DNA from: Eledone cirrhosa
Taxonomy: Eukaryota
Length of the DNA stretch: 64,000 bases
Reading direction: 5' to 3'
NCBI GenBank assembly: GCA_964016885.1
Contig: OZ024743.1
Span: 206,956,001-207,020,000 of the forward strand
The translations under genes and the position numbers were made by a program. Positions 1 to 11,800 of this stretch are shown piece by piece. The first letter of the stretch is position 1. Every line of letters begins with the position of its first letter. The notes beneath the pieces were generated by a model, which searched no databases, was not told the DNA's origin, and saw nothing but the letters and a program-made list of their open reading frames with translations.

Positions 1-59
1 GATCCTTGGTACCATATATACACTGAAGGGAGCTCATCCCCCTGGTCAGCTCTGACAGT
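1..59 (+). repeat. Example 59-bp monomer (KpnI GGTACC, SacI GAGCTC and Sau3AI GATC sites once per typical monomer)
   Basis: GATCC starts at 1 and again at 60 and 119, giving a period of 59. Palindromic words in the monomer are TGGTACCA, TATATA, GAGCTC and GATC. Confidence 0.98.
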
Positions 60-3000
60 GATCCTTGGTACCATCTATACACTGAAGGGAGCTCATCCCA
101 CTTGTCAGCTCTGATACTGATCCTTAGTACCATATATACACTGCTGGGAGCTCAACCCACTGGTCAGCTCTGATACTGAGCCTTGGTACCATATATACAC
201 TGCAGGGAGCTCATCCCACTGGTCAGCTCTGACAGTGATCCTTGGTACCATATATACACTGCAGGGAGCTCATCCCACTGGTCAGCTCTGATACTGATCC
301 TTGGTACCATCTATACACTGAAGGGAGCTCATCCCACTGGTCAGCTCTGATACTGATCCTTGGTACCATATATACACTGCAGGGAGCTCATCCCACTGGT
401 CAGCTCTGATACTGATGCTTGGCACCATATATACACTACTGGGAGCTCATCCCACTGGTCAGCTCCAGCATACTGATCCTTGGTACCATATATACACTGC
501 TGGGAGCTCATCCCACTGGTCAGCTCTGATACTGATCCTTGGTACCATATATACACTGAAGGGAGCTCATCTCACTGGTCAGCTCTGATACTGATCCTTG
601 GTACCATATATACACTGCAGGGAGCTCATCCCACTGGTCAGATCTTATACTGATCCTTGGCACCATATATACACTGAAAGGAGCCCATCCCACTGGTCAG
701 CTCTGATACTGATCCTTGGTACCAGATAAACACTGAAAGGAGCTCATCCCACTGGTCAGCTTCAGCATACTGATCCTTGGTACCATATATACACTGCTGG
801 AAGCTCATCCCACTGGTCAGCTCTGATACTGATCCTTGGTACCATATATACACTGAAGGGAGCTCATCCCACTGGTCAGCTCTGACACTGATCCTTGGTA
901 CCATCTATACACTTAAGGGAGCTCATCTCACTGGTCAGCTCTGATACTGATCCTTGGTACCATATATACACTACTGGGAGCTCATCCCACTGGTCAGCTC
1001 TGATACTGATCCTTGGTACCATATATACACTGAAGGGAGCTCATCCCACTGGTCAGCTCTGATACTGATCCTTGGTACCATATATACACTGCAGGGAGCT
1101 CATCCCACTGGGCAGCTCTGATACTGATCCTTGGCACCATATATACACTGAAGGGAGCTCATCCCACTGGTCAGCTCTGATACTGATCCTTGGCACCATA
1201 TATACACTGAAGGGAGCTCATCCCACTGGTCAGCTCTGATACTGATCCTTGGCACTATATATACACTGCAGGGAGCTCATCACACTGGTCAGCTCCAGCA
1301 TACTGATCCTTGGTACCATATATACACTGCAGGGAGCTCATCCCACTGGTCAGCTCTGATACTGATCCTTGGTACTATATATTCGCTGCAGGGAGCTCAT
1401 CCCACTGGTCAGCTCTGATACTGATCCTTGGTACCATCTATACACTGAAGGGAGCTCATCCCACTGGTCAGCTCTGATACTGATCCTTGGTAACATATAT
1501 ACACTGCAGGGAGCTCATCCCACTGGTCAGCTCTGATACTGATGCTTGGCACCATATATACACTACTGGGAGCTCATCCCACTGGTCAGCTCTGATACTG
1601 ATCCTTGGTACCAGATAAACACTGAAAGGAGCTCATCCCACTGGTCAGCTCCAGCATTCTGATCCTTGGTACCATATATACACTGCTGGGAGCTCATCCG
1701 TCTGGTCAGCTCTGATACTGATCCTTGGTACCATATATACACTGAAGGGAGCTCATCTCACTGGTCAGCTCTGATACTGATCCTTGGTACCATATATACA
1801 CTGCAGGGAGCTCATCCCACTGGTCAGATCTGATACTGATCCTTGGCACCATATATACACTGAAAGGAGCCCATCCCACTGGTCAGCTTTGAAACTGATC
1901 CTTGGTACCAGATAAACACTGAAAGGAGCTCATCCCACTGGTCAGCTTCAGAATACTGATCCTTTGTACCATATATACACTGCTGGAATCTCATCCCACT
2001 GGTCAGCTCTGATACTGATCCTTGGTACCATATATACACTGAAGGGTGCTCATCCCACTGGTCAGCTCTGACACTGATCCTTGGTACCATATATACACTT
2101 AAGGGAGCTCATCTTACTGGTAAGCTCTGATACTAATCCTTGGTACCATATATACACTACTGGGAGCTCATCCCACTGGTCAGCTCTGATACTGATCCTT
2201 GGTACCATATATACACTAAAGGGAGCTCATCCCACTGGTCAGCTCTGATACTGATCCTTCGTACCATATATACACTGCAGGGAGCTCATCCCACTGGTCA
2301 GCTCTGATACTGATACTTGGCACCATATATACACTGAAGGGAGCTCATCCAACTGGTCAGCTCTGATACTGATCCTTGGCACCATATATACACTGAAGGG
2401 AGCTCATCCCACTGGTCAGCTCTGATACTGATCCTTGGCACCATATATACACTGCTGGGAGCTCATCCCACTGGCCAGCTCCAGCATACTCATCCTTGGT
2501 ACCATATATACACTGCTGGGAGCTCATCCCACTGGTCAGCTCTGATACTGATCCTTGGTACCATATATACACTGCTGGGAGCTCAACCCACTGGTCAGCT
2601 CTGATACTGAGCCTTGGTACCATATATACACTGCTGGGAGCTCATCCCACTGGTCAGATCCAGCATACTGATCCTTGGTACCATATATACACTGAAGGGA
2701 GCTCATCCCACTGGTCAGCTCTGAACGTGATCCTTGGTACACTATATACACTACAGTGAGCTCATCCCACTGGTCAGCTCTGACAGTGATCCTTGGTACC
2801 ATATATACACTGCAGGGAGCTCATCCCACTGGTCAGCTCTGATACTGATCCTTGGTACCATCTATACACTGAAGGGAGCTCATCCCACTGGTCAGCTCTG
2901 ATACTGATCCTTGGTACCATATATACACTGCAGGGAGCTCATCCCACTGGTCAGCTCTGATACTGATGCTTGACACCATATATACACTACTGGGAGCTCA

Positions 3001-3084
3001 TCCCACTGGTCAGCTCTGATATTGATCCTTGGTACCAGATAAACACTGAAAGGAGCTCATCCCACTGGTCAGCTCCAGCCTACT

Positions 3085-6000
3085 GATCCTTGGTACCATA
3101 TATACACTGCTGGGAGCTCATCCCACTGGTCAGCTCTGATACTGATCCTTGGTACCATATATACACTGAAGGGAGCTCATCTCACTGGTCAGCTCTGATA
3201 CTGATCCTTGGTACCATATATACACTACTGGGAGCTCATCCCACTGGTCAGCTCTGATACTGATCCTTGGTACCATATATACACTGAAGGGAGCTCATCC
3301 CACTGGTCAGCTCTGATACTGATCCTTGGTACCATATATACACTGCAGGGAGCTCATCCCACTGGTCAGCTCTGATACTGATCCTTGGCACCATATATAC
3401 ACTGCTGGGAGCTCATCCCACTGGTCAGCTCTGATACTGAGCCTTGGCACCATATATACACTGCTGGGAGCTCATCCCACTGGTCAGCTCCAGCATACTG
3501 ATCCTTGGTACCATATATACGCTACTGGGAGCTCATCCCACTGGTCAGCTCTGATACTGATCCTTGGTACCATATATACACTGAAGGGAGCTCATCCCAC
3601 TGGTCAGCTCTGACAGAGATCCTTGGCATCATATATACACTGCAGGGAGCTCATCCCACTGGTGAGCTCTGACAGTGATCCTTGGTACCATATATACACT
3701 GCAGGGATCTCATCCCACTGGTCAGCTCCAGCATACTGATCCTTGGTACCATATATACACTGCAGGGAGCTCATCCCACTGGTCAGCTCTGATACTGATT
3801 TTTGGTACCATATATACACTGCTGGGAGCTCATCCCACTGGTCAGCTCTGATACTGATTTTTGGTACCATATATACACTGCTGGGAGCTCATCCCACTGG
3901 TCAGCTCCAGCATACTGATCCTTGGCACCATATATTCACTGCTAGGAGCTCATCCCAATGGTCAGCTCCAGCATACTGATCCTTGGTACCATATATACAC
4001 TGCAGGGAGCTCATCCCACTGGTCAGCTCTGATACTGATTTTTGGTACCATATATACACTGCTGGGAGCTCATCCCACTGGGCAGCTCCAGCATACTGAT
4101 CCTTGGTACCATATATACACTGCAGGGAGCTCATCCCACAGGTCAGCTCTGATATTGATCCTTGGTACTATATATTCACTGCAGGGAGCTCATCCCACTG
4201 GTCAGCTCTGATACTGATCCTTGGTACCATCTATACACTGAAGGGAGATCATCCCACTGGTCAGCTCTGATACTGATCCTTGGTACCATATATACACTGC
4301 AGGGAGCTCATCCCACTGGTCAGCTCTGATACTGATGATTGGCACCATATATACACTACTGGGAGCTCATCCCACTGGTCAGCTCTGAGACTGATCCTTG
4401 GTACCATATATACACTGCTGGGAGCTCATCCCACTGGTCAGCTCCAGCATACTGATCCTTGGTACCATATATACACTGCAGGCAGCTCATCCCACAGGTC
4501 AGCTCTGATATTGATCCTTGGTACCATCTATACACTGAAGGGAGATCATCCCACTGGTCAGCTCTGATACTGATCCTTGGTACCATATATACACTGCAGG
4601 GAGCTCATCCCACTGGTCAGCTCTGATACTGATCCTTGGTGCCATATATACACTGAAGGGAGCTCATCCCACTGGTCATTTCTGATACTGATCCTTGGTA
4701 CCATATATACACTGAGGGGAGCTCATCCCACTGGTCATATCTGATACTGATCCTTGGTACCATATATACACAGAGGGGAGCTCATCCCACTGGTCATTTC
4801 TGATACTGAACCTTGGTACCATATATACACTGCTGGGAGCTCATTCCACTGGTCAGCTCTGATACTGATCCTTGGTACCATATATACACTGAAGGGAGCT
4901 CATCCCAGTGGTCATTTATGATACTGATCCTTGGTACCCTATATACACTGAGGGGAGCTCATCCCACTGGTCAGCTCTGATACTGATCCTTGGTACCATA
5001 TATACACTGCTGGGAGCTCATCCCACTGGTCAGCTCCAGCATACTGATCCTTGGTACCATATATTCACTGCAGGGAGCTCATCCTACTGGTCTGCTCTGA
5101 TTCTGATCCTTGGCACCATATATACACTGAAGGGAGCTCATCCCACTGGTCAGCTCTGATACTGATGCTTGGCACCATATATACACTGCAGGGAGCTCAT
5201 CCCACTGGTCAGCTCTGATACTGATCCTTGGTACCATATATACACTGCTGGGAGCTCATCCCACTGGTCAGCTCCAGCATACTGAACCTTGGTACCATAT
5301 ATACGCTACCGGGAGCTCATCCCACTGGTCAGCTCTGATACTGATACTGATACTTGGCACCATTATACACTGCTGGGAGCTCATCCCACTGGTCAGCTCC
5401 AGCATACTGATCCTTGGTACCATATATAGACTGCTGGGAGCTCATCCCACTGGTCAGCTCCAGCATACTGATCCTTGGTACCATATATACACTGCTGGAA
5501 GCTCATCCCACTGGTCAGCTCTGATACTGATCCTTGGTACCATATATACACTGCTGGGAGCTCATCCCACTGGTCAGCTCCAGCATACTGATCCTTGGTA
5601 CCATATATTCACTGCAGGGAGCTCATCCCACTGGTCAGCTCTGATACTGATCCTTGGTACCATATATACACTGAAGGGAGCTCATCCCACTGGTCAGCTC
5701 CAGCATACTGATCCTTGGTACCATATATACACTGCAGGGAGCTCATCCCACAGGTCAGCTCTGATATTGATCCTTGGTACTATATATTCGCTGCAGGGAG
5801 CTCATCCCACTGGTCAGCTCTGATACTGATCCTTGGTACCATCTATACACTGAAAGGAGCTCATCCCACTGGTCAGCTCTTATACTGATCCTTGGTACCA
5901 GATAAACACTGAAAGGAGCTCATCCCACTGGTCAGCTCCAGCATACTGATCCTTGGTACCATATATACACTGCTGGGAGCTCATCCGACTGGTCAGCTCT

Positions 6001-8867
6001 GATACTGATCCTTGGTACCATATATACACTGCTGGGAGCTCATCCCACTGGTCAGCTCTGATACTGATCCTTGGTACCATATATACACTGAAGGGAGCTC
6101 ATCTCACTGGTCAGCTCTGATACTGATCCTTGGTACCATATATACACTACTGGGAGCTCATCCCACTGGTCAGCTCTGATACTGATCCTTGGTACCATAT
6201 ATACACTGAAGGGAGCTCATCCCACTGGTCAGCTCTGATACTGATCCTTGGTACCATATATACACTGCAGGGAGCTCATCCCACTGGTCAGCTCTGATAC
6301 TGATCCTTGGTACCATATATACACTGCTGGGAGCTCATCCCACTGGTCAGCTCTGATACTGAGCCTTGGCACCATATATACACTGCTGGGAGCTCATCCC
6401 ACTGGTCAGCTCCAGCATACTGATCCTTGGTACCATATATACGCTACTGGGAGCTCATCCCACTGGTCAGCTCTGATACTGATCCTTGGTACCATATATA
6501 CACTGAAGGGAGCTCATCCCACTGGTCAGCTCTGACAGAGATCCTTGGCATCATATATACACTGCAGGGAGCTCATCCCACTGGTGAGCTCTGACAGTGA
6601 TCCTTGGTACCATATATACACTGCAGGGATCTCATCCCACTGGTCAGCTCCAGCATACTGATCCTTGGTACCATATATACACTGCAGGGAGCTCATCCCA
6701 CTGGTCAGCTCTGATACTGATTTTTGGTACCATATATACACTGCTGGGAGCTCATCCCACTGGTCAGCTCTGATACTGATTTTTGGTACCATATATACAC
6801 TGCTGGGAGCTCATCCCACTGGTCAGCTCCAGCATACTGATCCTTGGCACCATATATTCACTGCTAGGAGCTCATCCCAATGGTCAGCTCCAGCATACTG
6901 ATCCTTGGTACCATATATACACTGCAGGGAGCTCATCCCACTGGTCAGCTCTGATACTGATTTTTGGTACCATATATACACTGCTGGGAGCTCATCCCAC
7001 TGGGCAGCTCCAGCATACTGATCCTTGGTACCATATATACACTGCAGGGAGCTCATCCCACAGGTCAGCTCTGATATTGATCCTTGGTACTATATATTCA
7101 CTGCAGGGAGCTCATCCCACTGGTCAGCTCTGATACTGATCCTTGGTACCATCTATACACTGAAGGGAGATCATCCCACTGGTCAGCTCTGATACTGATC
7201 CTTGGTACCATATATACACTGCAGGGAGCTCATCCCACTGGTCAGCTCTGATACTGATGATTGGCACCATATATACACTACTGGGAGCTCATCCCACTGG
7301 TCAGCTCTGAGACTGATCCTTGGTACCATATATACACTGCTGGGAGCTCATCCCACTGGTCAGCTCCAGCATACTGATCCTTGGTACCATATATACACTG
7401 CAGGCAGCTCATCCCACAGGTCAGCTCTGATATTGATCCTTGGTACCATCTATACACTGAAGGGAGATCATCCCACTGGTCAGCTCTGATACTGATCCTT
7501 GGTACCATATATACACTGCAGGGAGCTCATCCCACTGGTCAGCTCTGATACTGATCCTTGGTGCCATATATACACTGAAGGGAGCTCATCCCACTGGTCA
7601 TTTCTGATACTGATCCTTGGTACCATATATACACTGAGGGGAGCTCATCCCACTGGTCATATCTGATACTGATCCTTGGTACCATATATACACAGAGGGG
7701 AGCTCATCCCACTGGTCATTTCTGATACTGAACCTTGGTACCATATATACACTGCTGGGAGCTCATTCCACTGGTCAGCTCTGATACTGATCCTTGGTAC
7801 CATATATACACTGAAGGGAGCTCATCCCAGTGGTCATTTATGATACTGATCCTTGGTACCCTATATACACTGAGGGGAGCTCATCCCACTGGTCAGCTCT
7901 GATACTGATCCTTGGTACCATATATTCACTGCAGGGAGCTCATCCTACTGGTCTGCTCTGATTCTGATCCTTGGCACCATATATACACTGAAGGGAGCTC
8001 ATCCCACTGGTCAGCTCTGATACTGATGCTTGGCACCATATATACACTGCAGGGAGCTCATCCCACTGGTCAGCTCTGATACTGATCCTTGGTACCATAT
8101 ATACACTGCTGGGAGCTCATCCCACTGGTCAGCTCCAGCATACTGAACCTTGGTACCATATATACGCTACCGGGAGCTCATCCCACTGGTCAGCTCTGAT
8201 ACTGATACTGATACTTGGCACCATTATACACTGCTGGGAGCTCATCCCACTGGTCAGCTCCAGCATACTGATCCTTGGTACCATATATAGACTGCTGGGA
8301 GCTCATCCCACTGGTCAGCTCCAGCATACTGATCCTTGGTACCATATATACACTGCTGGAAGCTCATCCCACTGGTCAGCTCTGATACTGATCCTTGGTA
8401 CCATATATACACTGCTGGGAGCTCATCCCACTGGTCAGCTCCAGCATACTGATCCTTGGTACCATATATTCACTGCAGGGAGCTCATCCCACTGGTCAGC
8501 TCTGATACTGATCCTTGGTACCATATATACACTGAAGGGAGCTCATCCCACTGGTCAGCTCCAGCATACTGATCCTTGGTACCATATATACACTGCAGGG
8601 AGCTCATCCCACAGGTCAGCTCTGATATTGATCCTTGGTACTATATATTCGCTGCAGGGAGCTCATCCCACTGGTCAGCTCTGATACTGATCCTTGGTAC
8701 CATCTATACACTGAAAGGAGCTCATCCCACTGGTCAGCTCTTATACTGATCCTTGGTACCAGATAAACACTGAAAGGAGCTCATCCCACTGGTCAGCTCC
8801 AGCATACTGATCCTTGGTACCATATATACACTGCTGGGAGCTCATCCGACTGGTCAGCTCTGATACT
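3085..8867. repeat. Recent tandem duplication: 3085-6006 (2,922 bp, 49 monomers) and 6007-8867 (2,861 bp, 48 monomers)
   Basis: Identical ORFs occur at offset 2922 (3604/6526, 3861/6783, 4356/7278). Rare variants are shared (GACAGAGAT, GGTGAGCT, GCAGGCAGC, CATTTATGA, GTCTGCTCTGATTC). The offset drops to 2861 after one 61-bp monomer (~4985-5045) that is absent from copy 2. Confidence 0.93.
3440..3499 (+). repeat. Example of the 61-bp monomer class (AGCTCCAGCATACT in place of AGCTCTGATACT); start approximate
   Basis: TG is replaced by CAGC (+2 bp). I counted 14 such monomers among 84 in 29211-34204 and 27 among 95 in 45853-51510. Confidence 0.93.
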
Positions 8868-11800
8868 GATCCTTGGTACCATATATACACTGAAGGGAGC
8901 TCATCTCACTGGTCAGCTCTGATACTGATCCTTGGTACCATATATACACTGCAGGGAGCTCATCCCACTGGTCAGATCTGATACTGATCCTTGGCACCAG
9001 ATAAACACTGAAAGGAGCTCATCCCAATGGTCAGCTTCAGCATACTGATCCTTGGTACCATATATACACTGCTGGAAGCTCATCCCACTGGTCAGCTCTG
9101 ATACTGATCCTTGGTACCATATATACACTGAAGGGAGCTCATCCCACCGGTCAGCTCTGACACTGATCCTTGGTACCATATATACACTGCAGGGAGCTAA
9201 TCCCACTGGTCAGCTCTGATACTGATCCTTTGCACCATATATACACTGCAGGGAGCTCATCCCACTGGTCAGCTCTGATACTGATCCTTGGTACCATATA
9301 TACACTGCTGGGAGCTCATCCAGTGGTCAGCTCTGATACTGATCCTTGGCACCATATATACACTGCTGGGAGCTCATCCCACTGGTCAGCTCTGATACTG
9401 ATCCTTGGCACCATATATACACTGCAGGGAGCTCATCCCACTGGTCAGCTCCAGCATACTGATCCTTGGTACCATATATACACTGAAGGGAGCTCATCCC
9501 ACTGGTCAGCTCTGATACTGATCCTTGGTACCATATATACACTGCTGGGAGCTCAACCCACTGGTCAGCTCTGATACTGAGCCTTGGTACCATATATACA
9601 CTGCAGGGAGCTCATCCCACTGGTCAGCTCTGACAGTGATGCTTGGTACCATATATACACTGCAGGGAGCTCATCCCACTGGTCAGCTCTGATACTGATC
9701 CTTGGTACCATCTATACACTGAAGGGAGCTCATCCCACTGGTCAGCTCTGATACTGATCCTTGCTACCATATATACACTGCAGGGAGCTCATCCCACTGG
9801 TCAGCTCTGATACTGATGCTTGGCACCATATATTCACTACTGGGAGCTCATCCCACTGGTCAGCTCTGATACTGATCCTTGGTACCAGATAAACGTTGAA
9901 AGGGGCTCATCCCACTGGTCAGCTCCAGCATACTGATCCTTGGTACCATATATACACTGCTGGGAGCTCATCCCACTGGTCAGCTCTGATACTGATCCTT
10001 GGTACCATATATACACTGCAGGGAGCTCATCCCACTGGTCAGATCTTATACTGATCCTTGGCACCATATATAAACTGAAAGGAGCCCATCCCACTGGTCA
10101 GCTCTGATACTGATCCTTGGTACCAGATAAACACTGAAAGGAGCTCATCCCACTGGTCAGCTTCAGCATACTGATCCTTGGTACCATATATACACTGCTG
10201 GAAGCTCATCCCACTGGTCAGCTCTGATACTGATCCTTGGTACCATATATACACTGAAGGGAGCTCATCCCACTGGTCAGCTCTGACACTGATCCTTGGT
10301 ACCATATATACACTTAAGGGAGCTCATCTCACTGGTCAGCTCTGATACTGATCCTTGGTACCATATATACACTACTGGGAGCTCATCCCACTGGTCAGCT
10401 CTGATACTGATCCTTGGTACCATATATACATTGAAGGGAGCTCATCCCACTGGTCAGCTCTGATACTGATCCTTGGTACCATATATACACTGCAGGGAGC
10501 TCATCCCACTGGGCAGCTCTGATACTGATCCTTGGCACCATATATACACTGAAGGGAGCTCATCCCACTGGTCAGCTCTGATACTGATCCTTGGCACCAT
10601 ATATACACTGCAGGGAGCTCATCACACTGGTCAGCTCCAGCATACTGATCCTTGGTACCATATATACACTGCAGGGAGCTCATCCCACAGGTCAGCTCTG
10701 ATATTGATCCTTGGTACTATATATTCGCTGCAGGGAGCTCATCCCACTGGTCAGCTCTGATACTGATCCTTGGTACCATCTATACACTGAAGGGAGCTCA
10801 TCCCACTGGTCAGCTCTGATACTGATCCTTGGTACCATATATACACTGCAGGGAGCTCATCCCACTGGTCAGCTCTGATACTGATGCTTGGCACCATATA
10901 TACACTACTGGGAGCTCATCCCACTGGTCAGCTCTGACACTGATCCTTGGTACCAGATAAACACTGAAAGGAGCTCATCCCACTGGTCAGCTCCAGCATA
11001 CTGATCTTTGGTACCATATATACACTGCTGGGAGCTCATCCGACTGGTCAGCTCTGATACTGATCCTTGGTACCATATATACACTGAAGGGAGCTCATCT
11101 CACTGGTCAGCTGTGATACTGATCCTTGGTACCATATATACACTGCAGGGAGCTCATCCCACTGGTCAGATCTGATACTGATCCTTGGCACCATATATAC
11201 ACTGAAAGGAGCCCATCCCACTGGTCAGCTTTGATACAGATCCTTGGTACCAGATAAACACTGAAAGGAGCTCATCCCACTGGTCAGCTTCAGAATACTG
11301 ATCCTTTGTACCATATATACACTGCCGGAAGCTCATCCCACTGGTCAGCTCTGATACTGATCCTTGGTACCATATATACACTGAAGGGAGCTCATCCCAC
11401 TGGTCAGCTCTGACAATGATCCTTGGTACCATATATACACTTAAGGGAGCTCATCTCACTGGTCAGCTCTGATACTAATCCTTGGTACCATATATACACT
11501 ACTGGGAGCTCATCCCACTGGTCAGCTCTGATACTGATCCTTCGTACCATATATACACTGCAGGGAGCTCATCCCACTGGTCAGCTCTGATACTGATACT
11601 TGGCACCATATATACACTGAAGGGAGCTCATCCCACTGGTCAGCTCTGATACTGATCCTTGGCACCATATATACACTGAAGGGAGCTCATCCCACTGGTC
11701 AGCTCTGATACTGATCCTTTGCACCATATATACACTGCAGGGAGCTCATCCCACTGGTCAGCTCTGATACTGATCCTTGCTACCATATATACACTGCTGG

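Noticed and set aside
14-21. TATATA as a TATA-box promoter in every monomer
   Set aside because: It is a short AT dinucleotide run with no downstream gene and no other support. Promoter activity cannot be inferred from sequence.
1-120. Hammerhead ribozyme satellite or retrozyme (as in newt satellite 2 or schistosome Sm-alpha)
   Set aside because: The core CUGANGA plus GAAA in a three-helix arrangement is not present on either strand. CTGATAC, CTGATCC, CTGAAGG and minus-strand GGATGAG do not fit, and GAAA occurs only in a minority variant.
3462-3495. tRNA- or SINE-derived unit (minus-strand GAGCTGACCAGTGGGATGAGC loosely recalls a D-arm/A-box)
   Set aside because: There is no B-box (GTTCRA), no cloverleaf and no acceptor stem. 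The resemblance is too weak to support.
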